A DNA stretch of 64,000 nucleotides. Source: Raillietiella orientalis (Eukaryota). Positions 40,701 through 52,800 of the stretch are shown one piece after another (position 1 is the stretch's first letter; each line of letters opens with the position of its first letter). Under the pieces are notes generated by a model. That model did not search any database. It was given only the letters and a program-made list of their open reading frames with translations, and was not told the origin of the DNA. The position numbers were made by a program, and so were the translations under genes. The stretch spans positions 62,001 through 126,000 of the forward strand of contig JAYWIR010000080.1 of assembly GCA_036172245.1 (NCBI GenBank), written 5' to 3'.

Positions 40701-43700
40701 AAAGCAGCGAAACCAGAAGAACCCAAAAGGATTCCATCACTGCTTGTGTTATCTTGAACACTCCAAATTTCTAATCCTATTCCGAGTGTTCACTCCATGT
40801 CCCTTCCTCTTCAGACTGTCAACGATGTGGTCGACCATGGGAAGGAGAGAAAAAGATAGAAGACAAAAAAAAAAAAAAAGGGTGGAAGACTTTACGCCAC
40901 ACCGAGTCTTCGAACCTGAAGGTCCTCACCTGTTTCGACGCGTTCGTTGATTTCGCTCGATCAGATCAACTGGTCTTTTACCGTTCCGTGTCTGCGTGTG
41001 GTCTGCCTACGAACAGCACGGGCAGAGTGCTTGAAAGTCAGCTGCTGCCCTTTGATGGTTCCTCATTACCTCCGCGTTGGTATTCAGAACGCCAAACGGC
41101 GGTCCAGTCGGAAAGTGAGCTGACGAGGCAACGCAAGAACGTTCCACAGAGGACTTTCGCACGACGCGCCTCCAACACACTCTCTTTGAGAGCCGAAAAA
41201 CCAGGAGGGGGGGGGAGGCAAAAAGAGGGACCCAAAGTCCAGAGAAAAATGCGACCTTCGCCTCCTCCCTTCGGGTTGGTAAGTAGGTGAAGATGCACCT
41301 CGGAAAAAAAGCGCTGCAGGCTTTATTGCCGATACCCAAAGCAGCCTCATACTCCTGCCTTCGCTTGCATCCGTCCACAGAAGTTATCAGACATAAGTGC
41401 TCGGTCTCAGCGGAGTCAGACTCACGGAAGAAACCAACGGACGACAGCCGCAAATGCGCGGCGCAGCGGATTATTGGCACCGCTCCTGTTCACTCCTCTG
41501 AAGAGAATCCCGAAAGGATGCTCTCGAAATCCAGAAGGAGCGCTGCTTCCCCAGAGGGATCGCTCTCGCTTCCTTGCACTCTCTGGAGAGGTGGCGACGC
41601 ACCTGCTCCGTCGGCACGACTCGGAGTGTCTCCCCCGCAACAGGGGGGTTCTCCCTGGTGTGGGAGATCCTCTCTCTGTTGCACGACCGGAAGGGGAACT
41701 CTCTACTCCTTGATTCCTGGAAGGACCCGAAGGTCGACTCCCATTATTCTGGTCTTCATCGGGGACCTTCGGTTTGAACCGCTACCGGTGCCGCACCCGA
41801 ATGTTTGTTGACCAACCAGCTCCATCTTGCAGGAGGAACTCGGAACCCGGAGACGCATGGTGCTACGCGCGGAAGCCCTAACCACAGAGCCTCCGACGCG
41901 GGCTCAGACAAACGTGCTTGACCTCAGCTGAGTCACACTTACGGAAGAAACCAACGGGCGACAGCCGCAGATGCTCACGCAGCGGATTATTGGCTTCTCT
42001 GGCCTCGTCGACAAACGCAACGGGGACGCAAATCGATTTGCGGTGCTGCGACCTTCTGCACCGAGTGAAAGATGAGATCCGAGAGTGGCTTTCTTCTCAG
42101 AGAAAGATTTCAAGAAATCTGTTCTTCGAAAGAGCGGAGCTGCGCGCGGAGGGCCAACAAGAAGTCCGGCCGTGGAACCGGCAGCGGAAGCCGGAAGTGT
42201 TTCCGCTCCCTTGAAGCGCTCGCAGAAGCCGAGAAATCCCCTCTTCTGCTGAAGGAACCGTCAAAATCAGCTCTCCGACAATCCCATAAGGAGGGGAGGA
42301 AAAAAAAAAGAAGCGCTTTTTCTACGTTCCACGGTTCATGCCTTGAGGTGCACAGGAGAGAAAGTTGTCTTCAGTCGTCCAGGAATGATTCCCATCTTGA
42401 GGGCTTCTTCCTTGATGCTCAACATGGAACGCGGCTCCCTGCTCGATCACCGGTTGCTCGTGCGCCTCCCAGTTACTCGTACTTCGCCATCTCAGCGAAG
42501 TACGAGTAATTGGGAGGACCTCAGGGAAACCAGGCCTCGAGTCGAGCGTCCAAAGACACATTTAAGACTGCGTGCTGCTTGTGTAGCATAGCGAGAAGGT
42601 CCGCAAAGTATGGTAGCAGACAATTAGGGAGCGGTGAGATGAAAGTGTTGAAGGCTTTTCATTTCAAGACTGCAGGCGCGCTCGGCGGAGGTCTTCCTAA
42701 AGCGCTTTCCTAGACGCTCGTTTCAGGAGAAGTCGCTTTTTCGTAAAGACACCCCGTTAAGGCGAGCGAAGGAGTGCAGAGAAAGTCAGCCCACTGTGTC
42801 CCGGAATTGCCGAAATCTGGAAACGAACTACTCGTTGTATTCCTTTGCGATGAGAGACCAGTTCGATGAAATGGAAAAGTCGGTGGGCAGGAGACGGAGA
42901 AAAGTGTTCCAGAAATCCAGGAGAAAACATCCAAAGGAATTCCAGAATGGCGCACATGTGTCGCAAGTTCCAAGAAATAGAAAGCGACACACTTTCTCCA
43001 AGGAAGGTACGTTCCCGAGTGCAGCTTGCTACCAGGTCGCCTCTAAACGTCCTCGTCCATGACACAACTCAAGACGAAAAGCTTTTATAAGCAGGAACCG
43101 GGATTACGAACGTTGCGAATCAAGCGGGATCTCTCTATCTCACAGTATGGAGCGGAAGTGCAATTCATCAGGACGCATGGTAAAGCGCGAACTTCTGGAA
43201 CACCACATGAATTCCTAGGCTTGTGACGCACTCCATCCTCTGACATTGGAAAGGCTCCTTCTGACCACAACAGATGCTGTTGCACTCTTTGCATCGCCAA
43301 GAGAACCAAAACCAACAGTCGGCCTAGCTGAATGCCTTGAAAACAAGGAGGGATTTTTGCAACTGCAACCAACTCCTTCTCGTAGGAGGCTCACACGGAA
43401 GCCTCGGATGATCAAATATGACACTGGCAGTAATGAATGGGTCCATGCGCAATCTTCGATGAACTGGCCAGGGAGAAATAAATCATCGCGCATCACTCTC
43501 GTCAATGATGTTTACCTATTCTGATCTGCGGGCGTCAGCAGACTCCGGAGTCAGCAGACCTATCTGTCGTTTTCACTTACGTGCCATACTTTCAGAACAA
43601 GAATAACGAACTGCTAATAGCGGTCGCGGAATCGTGCTTTTCCTCTTATGGTGATTTCGAGTCGCGATAAAAGCAGTCGAATTCTTCTTTGGAAACCAAA

Positions 43701-45709
43701 GCAGCTCGTTATACGGATGATGTGCGCAACCCAATCCAGAAGACTGAAACCATTCTGGCATCACGTGAGAAGACGTTAAAAGAGCTTGAACCCAAATGCA
43801 CTCCTTTCAGACAAGTGCCTAGGGGACACTCCTTTGAGAAGTGTCTCAATGCACTTGCCTGCCGAAGTAATTTCAATCTTAGTGGTGGTTATAGTAAACA
43901 TCTCTCACACACCAAAAGTCTCTATTTTGCCTTTCATTCTAATAATCCCTGACACTATTCTGATGTCAGTTTTCCTGTGAATTTCGAAGTCGAAATTTTT
44001 TTAAAGTCGAAATTTTCTAAAGACTGCATTGCTATTGCTTTCCTAACCTCTACCTTCAATCCCTGAAAATTTCAGCCATGCTATTTTCACAGAGGAGTAA
44101 CCTTTTCCCATGCATTTGTCCTAAATGTACTCTGTTCTGGAACCAACAAGGAGATTTGGTTCCTTAAGTGACCTTCAGCGTCTTTCGCCTCCACTGAGCA
44201 ATCTGCTGCTAGCCTCAACTTCCTAATCTCTCGTTCCTCCAATCAGTAGGTACAAGAACGGTCGAGATGAATCCTATAGGGCATTCTTCCCAAAGGGAAC
44301 CCCAGAACTACGTCGGCAAACATCTCTACGGAGCCTCATTATTCAAGTCAGTGTTGCTGCAGAGCGGCAGAACCGATTCAAGCAGTGCAACTGATTTCAA
44401 GTCATTCCCTCCTTTCCTTCTTGACAAACGAGACATGGCGGTCCTTGTTTTGCTTCCTTTCATTCAGTATTTTGCGCGCGTCGGCCCTCGTGTTTTACGA
44501 AGGTGACTTGCTGACAGCACGCATTTCCGAAGAGGAGCACGAGAATCTGCAATGTTCCGAAAAATCAAGGGAACCAAAAGGAGAAGCGGAACAGGAACCG
44601 TGGCAGATTAAAGATTACCGGTTTGATTTTTCCTTGTTCGATGATCTTGTACGCACATTTGCACCTCTTGCTCTTCGCTCTCTGTGATCGAACCAACTCT
44701 GCTCACAAATTCCGAAAACTTGAAATTCCGAAACGAAGAGCCGATGCATTTATGTACACATCTGGAACTCTTTGCCCCTTGGCTCGGTTTGCGTCACACA
44801 AAGAAGAATAGACCGGCTGGATAAGAGATTCGCTTTTTTTCTTTATTGTGTGCAAATATCTCCTTCTTATGCAAATATCTACTTGGTCACTGAGTTCTCC
44901 TGTCGCGACATCTCATAGCAGCCGATGAGGGCAGCTTCTTATTTCCGTATTCACACAATAGGATCCACCGCTATCCTTGGAAGGGTGCAACCCCTTCTTG
45001 AAAATCCGCCTGAAAACCGCAGCGTGCATCTCTGAAGTGCTTTGGATTGAACTCGTGCAAAAAGCGATCCATTGCGAACAAGAAACAAACATTGAAACTA
45101 TGCAGGGAGGAACGGACAACGGACAGAGTGAGGTGCTCGGAACCTGGAACAGGTCTGACTTCAAGACACGTTCGAGACGTTCTGAGTGTTCACCGGCGTT
45201 AAGAGCATCCAAAGTTACATGTTAGAGGGGGAAAGACGCCGGTTCGTCGGCATACATGAAATCTGGACACGACGGAATGGAGAAACAAAAGAACAACAAC
45301 AACAGAAAAAAGGAATCACCTCGGTGACAAGAGTCGACTTGAAGTCGGTCTCATCGAATTCCCAACCGTGTTTGCAGTAAGTGGTCGGCCACAACAGCTG
45401 ACTGGCATTTGGCCATTCTTCGTAGCCGCCAACGTTCAGTTCCGTGAAATTCACATCGTACATGAGACACTTGCTGAATTCGTTATTGCCTATCCTAGGG
45501 ATTCCAATGTTCTTTCTAGACTGTTCATCTAGGTAAAGCAACTCTGGAATTCTACACCAATGATCGGGAGTTGCTGAAACAAATACTTGGGAATACGTAA
45601 ACCAGGCAGCAGGAAGGGCTGCAGGGATGCACAAAAGATAATAAAACACCTGTTGGTAAATACCACATTCCCCTACGTGTTCCAAGACTTTGTCAAAATT
45701 AACAGGCAT
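34735..45709 (-). CDS. SLC22-family organic cation transporter (Orct-like, MFS)
   Basis: Exons (- strand): 45709-45320, 37319-37216, 37172-37018, 36970-36811, 36765-36630, 36505-36293, 35329-35212, 35161-34980, 34926-34735. Motifs: 'FDKVLEHVGECGIYQ', 'PDHWC', 'CKHGWEFD..STLVTE|MELVC', 'ADKYGRK', 'PESPRWL', 'DRYGRK', 'ELVPTVLR', 'LPET'. An alternative 54-bp last intron would move the stop to 34657. Confidence 0.93.
38480..39230 (+). pseudogene. possible decayed leucine-rich-repeat gene relic inside SLC22 intron 1
   Basis: Peptide 'LPDGSLNGTEIRRNQLYLDTIPEEVFLEAAERMAYL' has LRR-like spacing; downstream frames are broken by stops. Weak resemblance only. Confidence 0.2.
39894..40740 (+). mobile_element. 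tRNA-derived SINE-like element, copy 3 (longest copy, 6 internal hairpin units)
   Basis: Starts CCGCGTTGGCGG. B box GGTTCGAATCC at 39947-39957 and a second GGGTTTCGAGTCT at ~39996-40008. Colinear with copy 2 through to the GGAAGGAAAGCAGCGAAACCAGAAGAACCCAAAAG tail. Confidence 0.85.
41388..41478 (+). repeat. ~90-bp direct repeat, left copy
   Basis: CAGACA..GTGC..CTCAGC.GAGTCA.AC..ACGGAAGAAACCAACGG.CGACAGCCGCA.ATGC..CGCAGCGGATTATTGGC; about 13 differences in 91 bp versus 41905-41994 (hand alignment). Confidence 0.9.
41479..41902 (-). mobile_element. tRNA-derived SINE-like element, copy 4 (inverted, single B-box-like motif, 3'-truncated)
   Basis: Reverse complement begins CCGCGTCGGAGGCTCTGTGG, then GGGTTCCGAGTTCC, TTCGGGTGCGGCACCGGT, CCTTCCAGGAATCAAGGAG, CCTCTCCAGAGAGTGCAAGGAAG and two hairpin units (e.g. 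ATCCTTTCGGGAT), matching copies 2 and 3. Confidence 0.75.
41905..41994 (+). repeat. ~90-bp direct repeat, right copy
   Basis: Partner of 41388-41478; the pair brackets SINE copy 4. Confidence 0.9.
42640..43620 (+). pseudogene. possible decayed BTB-BACK-Kelch gene relic inside SLC22 intron 1 (antisense to host)
   Basis: BACK-like 'NLETNYSLYSFAMRDQFDEMEK...VFQK...PKEFQN' (42796-43062 frame) followed by Kelch-like 'IKYDTGSNEWVHAQSSMNWPGRNKSSRITLVNDVYLF' (43246-43524 frame), in the expected order but frame-broken. Confidence 0.35.
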
Positions 45710-46339
45710 GTTGCTGGGCTACCAAAAATGCTTTGATGTCACTGTTAGAAATTTTTCGAAACCAACATGCATACATCGACAGCACCACTCGAAAGGCGTA
45801 GTGTTGGCTTTTGTATCTGTGAGGACGATGCTTCCATCTACCGATTGAGAAAAGTTTCGTCGAGAAAGCTGGAGTTTTTCGTCAGCAGCTGGATGGTCTC
45901 TGAGTGGCTGTGTGAATCATGATTTCCACAGTGCTTGTGTAATTTATTTATGCCATCCACCTCTGCTTCAGCAGGAAACCATATCTTTGTTGGGAAGAAG
46001 GAAATGGAAACTGCCTTCCCTTGAAATGAAGATTAACCATAGGTTATATCATTTGACTGAGCATGCTAACTAGAGGAGACTTGCCATTAGCTGCTCATCT
46101 GCTCAGAATCTGGACATCTGATGCATTGAAGTTTTTGATTGTAGGAAGTGGTCATCTGCCGCATCGAACAGATCAACCATAGATCTTTCCATGAAAACAG
46201 TTTCTTCGCTAGAATAATTTTACAAGGGGATCCCATGTTTGGGATTTTTTTTTTTTTCAGTGCTGCCCAAAAAACTACCAGATTTTGTTTGCGCAGCGCT
46301 GAAATTAACAAACAAAGATCGGTGCGTTTCCTTCCGAGT

Positions 46340-46830
46340 CGTTCCTGATGAGAAGAGTTTTATTCCTTGTTGGTAAACGTCTTCCGGCGTTGCCCGAATC
46401 CACTTATTCGGTAACCATGCCACAATTCCAACATCTCGACCGCAGACTGCATTCTTCATTGCACCGAGACGATGAAAGCTCCGTAGCAACCAACTCAGTG
46501 CTATATGGTGAATGGGGAAACATATGCTCCTGTTAAGTCTTCTGTCCTTCGCAAAGCTGCATGTGATCTTGAGCTGGCATGCAAGAGAGGGACTTGGAGT
46601 CCCTGAAGAGGAAAAGACGGACGCCTCGGAACTTTCTCCTGCGTAGCGATCTATTTGACATCTCGAAACCATCTCCTTCATGTTCCAAAACACTGTACCT
46701 GTTGGAAGAGCTGTTTCGAACTCAATGGACGGTGTTCTGGCTTGAAGTAGTGTATCTTTATCATTCTTATATAAGTGTGCACAGCTACAACTTGTTAAAA
46801 CCATTCTTAGCCACCGAGGCAGCAACTCAG
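46340..46830 (-). mobile_element. decayed mariner (Tc1/mariner) transposase remnant
   Basis: Across frameshifts: 'GTVFWNMK' (cf. ATVFWD), 'FPHSPYSTELVATE' (cf. HPPYSPDLAPSD), 'FHRLGAMKNAVCGR' and 'PEDVYQQGIKL' (cf. FY..GI.KL). A second fragment, 'SSVGKVMIH...INEGSVN', lies at ~46920-47080. Confidence 0.65.
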
Positions 46831-49800
46831 CAGCATATCGTTGTCCTGAGTCTTGTGTATTGGTGTTTCATTTCTCGAAACAACCATGAACGGAAATATT
46901 GGAGAAACCCAAGGGTCAAATTGTAGTGTTCACACTTCCTTCATTGATTATTTATTGATCAACTGCCCTTGAGCAACTAGATGCATGGATCATCACTTTT
47001 CCCACTGAAGAGTGTTGGGACTGAATTAGGATGCTCCTGAATGGCTCATCATCCAGATTGCAGATTTCCCTTTCTGACGACTACCCCTTACGTGTTTTTC
47101 CCAGCATCTTGCAGTGGGGAGCCCAATCCCCATGTTTTTCTAGACTTTTACACCCAGGGCCGACCATGTGGAACTAGGTAACAGCTCTGCTTGTGAAGCG
47201 ATTCGCACCCTTTAAAGGCTGAACACATCCATGGCGGCCGGAAGCATGAACTGGTATTGGCAAAAGACTGAATTGCAAAATAGTGCTCCTCCAATGATTC
47301 AGAAGTTTGCACTGCTTTGAGAGTGTTCGAACGAGAGAAGGAAAAAAATTAATCAAATCTTATCGAGTGATGCTAGGGTAAGTCAAGCATCTCTTGAACA
47401 CCGTAAAAGGTCTATAACGTGTTTCTCATTTCCCCATGAGACCGACAGCCGTGATCCAGAAGCAAGGATCTAGAAGCACACTCATGAAGAAAATCCTAAC
47501 AAGACAAAGGGCATTTTACAGATTCTTCTAGGCAATAATCCAAATAGAATCAAAAGATTCTGCGAACAAATCCTTCGAGTAGCGTCAAACAAGAGTGAAA
47601 CCCACGTGTTACAGATGCTTTCTGAACCCGCTATCCTCACATACGTGATCGCATCACGAATATGGACTCAGCTCCGGAAAATCTCCTTGCACTACTTTCT
47701 AGCCTGTTGGCACTGCAACTTGAAACCCAGAGGCGCTCATGAAAATTTGGAAGAGTACGAAAAGAGAACCCAGTCTCAAAACAAAAATTTCAGATTGGAT
47801 GTGGAGTCACCGAACTAGAAGTTGCTGTGGACTTCTACAGCTAGAGGTCCACGGGGAGATCGCTGATCGCCGGCGCGGAAAGGCGGAGCCTTCCGGGACA
47901 CGGTTGCAGGGCGAGGTGGGCACGCGGGAGGATCGTGTCATCTACTCAGTGGAAGAAGCGGGAACGAGAAAGCTGCCGATGCTCCGTACAGATCCACGGC
48001 GCTTCACGGTGTCACTCTCCCCCCTCCCCCTTCTCCCGCCATGTTCCAGAGTGCTCTCCGTCCCCTCCCCCCCTTTCAAGACCGTCACCCCACCTTTGAG
48101 AGAACAGCAAAACATGGGAACACGCAGAGACGCAGCTCACTCCGCGGGAGGAACCAGAGTGGCGTATCCTCGCGTCCTTTCTCTTCCCTTCTGCTTGTCG
48201 ATGAGGATTAGCTGAAGTGGTGGGAGAAACCTGCGGGTTTGTTTGATTTTCCGATGACCTCCCCACGGGAATGGCCACTCTCGCTCCCCCAAGCAAACAC
48301 TCGGAAAAGAAGAAGAAGCAGGGGGAAGGAGAAAAGAAACGCAATTGCAGTCTGCATCTCTCGAAGCTCCTAAACGATTTCATTCCTTCCTTCTTCCTCA
48401 GCCTCTCCCGCACTCTCTTCCTCTTCCCCTCTTCCTCTCCCTCCTTTTCCCTCCCTCAACTGATTGTATTTTCCGTGTCAGCCTTGTCACCGTGTCGCTG
48501 TGCCTCCCCCCGCCTCCACCGCCCGTGGCCACGTTCATTTGCTGGAGCGATATTTCCCCGATAAGACGACCGCTCACCTTCCTCCGCAGCCTCCCTCCTC
48601 ACAGCGCCATCAGCTTCCTCCTCGGCTTCTTGTACTTCCTCCCCTCTTCCTGCGAGCTCATGGAGAGTCTGCCCGCTTGCCAGAGGAAGGACGAAGGCCC
48701 CTTTGAGCGAGCCAGGACACCCCTGGGGCAACAAACCGGGACGACGCTAGACGCACTCTAGCGGCGATCCCTCCTGCCGGGGCGTGCCTGTGACCAGTCG
48801 CTGTGACCAGTCCAATTCCTCCTTAGTTCCCGTGCTCCACCAGGGAGGGGATTTCTACTTGCCCGCTGCTGCAGAGATGTATGAGAATCTCTGAAGGAAG
48901 TATAGAGCTGTTACAGGAGTTTCCCTCAGGGACAGATGAGATTTTCTCTGGCAGTCCTCCTCTTCCTTCCTTCCTTCCTCCTCCTCCTCCTCCTCTTCCC
49001 TTCCTTCTTGCTTCTTCTCCTAGCTTGGAGACGAGGGTAGGTCTTCTATGACCAAACAACTGTCTGCCCTATTTAATAATTGAAAAATGAAGTGAGTGTC
49101 TTCTAATCATGAAGTTCTGGTCCTGGAATTTGAAACACTGATTTTAGAATCAGTAATAGCCACTTGCTGTTGCAGCAACATACGTATATCGTAGCTCACG
49201 TATATCATTTTCGAAACTGCTGATTGTGTTGTGCCTTGATGGTTCAGTTGCAATACTATTCGTTTCCTTTGTTTCTAAATAAGTGGCATTTATTTGAATT
49301 TTTGTAGTTTTTATCCTTCTGTGTGTAATCAATCAACACGACAAACGGTTAAGGAAACGCTTTGTAGAGGATGCCTAAAGAGACTTGAAACCCTGTTTCC
49401 AAGGTTCAGAATCTGGCCGGTCCTTTGCGAATAGCTAGGCAGACGCACTGATCAAAAAGTACCAACAAACCGCGATTTGGACTATGGATAGCTTTAGCTA
49501 TGAAAATCACGGGACACCGCTCGAGGTCACAGAATGCCAGCTTGCCTTTGTATTTTTTCGGAAGTTGCAGAATAACATCAGAATTACCAATGTCTGTACA
49601 AGAAAAATGCAAATGAAACAAAACTAAGGGTAAAAGGAACTACGAATTGCTTATGGCAGTCGGTGAGAGAAGCACGACTTTTGAGCACTACTATTCTAGC
49701 TATGAAGAAAAAAAAAGGCAATTTGCCGATCCCTGTTACGTGAAAATTCCGCTTTCTTGTTTCTGTGACGACAAAGTTCTGTGCATATCTTGAAATGGTT

Positions 49801-52800
49801 TCTCTTTTTAGTGGTTCGAAGCATCTGTTTCCACAGTATCGATGGTGATGAGACTCGGTCTCGTATTGACATTTGCTGATATCTTATCGCGCGTGTGGCA
49901 TGATGACATTTCCCATTCCCGTTTTCTTAGAAACCACAAGAGCTACCTTACGGCGTGCTAAAAAAAAAAAAAAAAAGTCCCACAAATTTCAGAAAAAGCA
50001 AATTGCTTTTTTCTCTCGGGTGTCTTCAGCTACGAAATCGTCTGACAAGAATTTTTATTCCCATATTCAAAGTTTTTTGGATTCCTATTTGAGAACATCA
50101 GCCATCTGTGATAAAGATTTGGACCCACTAGTGGTATGAAAAAAAGAAGCCTGGGAGCCTGATTCCGGTGCAAGAGGGTGCATTTGTGAAAATGACTTCA
50201 GTAAGTGCTTGCAGTTATATTACAGCAAAAGAAAAAGAATGTTATGCATAAAGAATTAAATCTTGAATCGGTCGCGCTGTTTCAAAATAATCGATTTCGT
50301 GGAGCCCCTGATGGAAGACTCTACCTATACAAAGCGATAGAAAAATGCGCCTCTGAACCATCCTGCCAAGTTACCGAAAGTAATCCTGATATCCAACGAG
50401 GATAGTGAAAGTATGGTATCAGAAATCAAAGGCTAACTGATAAAAAGGGCAAGAGTTATCGAACTGTTGCTCACAGGTCTCACACAAGATGACCAGCCTG
50501 TCGATAAACCTGGTGTCACAACGAAGGTAATAGACTGCAAAGTAGTTTCCAACAAATCCGCTCAATCCGTTGGTTGGCAGTTGATTTGGAAGAGAGCCTT
50601 TGGCTAAACCACCGCATGTGGACTGGCAAGGCAGACTTTTTCTCCAGGAAGTCTGCGAACAAAGCAAACGTATAGTTTCCCTTATGAAAACCATTGCTTA
50701 AATGCTATTGACGAAAATTCTTTTTCGAAATTTGAAGGCTATTAAAACCCACAAGACGAAATGATTTCTTCGCTGAGGGAAAAACATTTATTCGGGTAAG
50801 AAACTCACGAGCTTTCTTTCTCATTCTTCTCTCCGTCTTGTGAACACATAAACGATCGAGAAAACGCCCATTGATATTTTTTCCATAAGAACCACTCTTT
50901 GATGAGAAACTGACAGCATAATTTTCGAGTCGCCCAGCAGTGCCTTTTCCCACCAAAAACAGAAACCTGTTGCTGTTTTGAAGCTCTAAGGTGGTGGAAA
51001 GCAGGAGTATTTCATGTGTTACTTATCTCCAGATAGATCTTCTTTCTATTTTCTTAATTCATGTAATGATGAAACGAACCGGTTGTTCTCGAGAATGCAG
51101 ATGCCATGCTTATCATCTTGGAAGTAAAATAGAGTGAGCTCGTGGATCGCCTTATGCGACCTTTTCTTTTCATGTTATATCAATCTCCGAATAGAAAATA
51201 ATGAGTTTATGTAGTGCCTAATCTTCAGAATAAGGCAATACAGACTAGATAAGAGAGAAAAAAAAAAAAATCGTTCGCTAAGAAAATCATTGGATTATAT
51301 TGAGCTTTGGATACCGATGACGTCATTGTTAGAATGAAATCTTTGGTATGACCTTCATTCATGGAGGACCAAGTACTGTGATCTGGACCGTATTTTTTTT
51401 GAGTTGCTCGTTTTTGCAGATACTTAATGATGATGTCAGTAGATAAAAATCCGATTTTTCAATATATTGGATCTTTGGGGAACCTGCGAAAATCTATGAG
51501 TATGACAATGTTTTCCAATTCCAATTCACCTTCGGGTAATTCTTATGAGTTTGTAATAAGGATTTTTTGCAATATGATGAACAGAAAAATATACATAGCA
51601 ATGTGGGATCTGCGTGATTGGGGTTGCATGTTTCATGCGGTTCAATATCAGAAAACCCATGGTGGGGATGGCTGACTAGGAGATGAAGTTTTCCATTTGA
51701 TGCGGTGATCGCCTCGTCACTCCTTTTGCTAACACAGCATTCGCCGATTTTTTCAAAGGCAAAGGAAGACTGAACGAATCATTGAACACGAATCCCTTAA
51801 AAAAATTGTACCTATAGGGGGTTCCCAAAACTCCCCAATCCTCACACAGGAAGGATGCCAAAAATGGAATATGCAAACTTATTATTTCATTAGCTGTTAT
51901 CAAAGGCAGAGCATGATGTCTTGCCCTCTGAGTGATTGCTGAGCTCTATAAAATGAGATGAGGACATAAGCATGTGTCATCTGTGTCTGCTAATATTCTG
52001 GCTTCTGGCTGGCGTCTAACTTTTTCCAGAAATGCAACTTGCAAGGAGGACATTTGTAGGCAGGATAATCCACTGCTTCTGCTTTGTACGCATTCCCTCA
52101 AACAAGGTGCGCCTCATTAAAACCCGTGGTGTTTTCTTTGGATAACTTTCGAATGTTTCCAATCAAAGGAAAATAATGAGAATTCCCACACCGAAGTTGG
52201 AATTGGAAAAAAAAGAAAAAGATCAACATACAAGGTAATGGCAATAATCTCGGGAAAAAGGCTACTAGCCTTAATAAAAATTCTGGCGGTCTCTAAATCC
52301 CAAAACGACAAGAATCGTTCAGACGAAACTGAGGTAGCGTCTTTGAAAAACTCTCAATAGTAAGTTAGAAAGAGATTCATAAGTGCTCAGACTGCAAAGT
52401 ATTCCACTCTCAAATCTAAAACTGATTCTTTGTGGATCCTTTCAATTACCTCAGCCTGCAATGCCAGCATCGCTACGACTGTTTCTTTCTCCATCATGTT
52501 AGGAGGAAAGATTACAAAGTACTTCAAAGTACTTGAAGATGAGCTCTCTCTGATAAGTTATAGAGATTGTCTACATAGGTACCGATTCTAGCTGCTTTTG
52601 ATATCTGTTAGCCTGGTGCTGTGTACGATGGAGATACAATGGTTTGCACAACCAAATACAGGGAAACCTTGAAAAAAAATTACAACGGAATATAGTAATC
52701 CTCTTGGACCATAGTTGGGAACAGTTTGGGCTACACACAGGGAAATGTCGTTAAATAACACCTACACAAATACTTAAGGATACGGGAGCAATAGCAGAAT

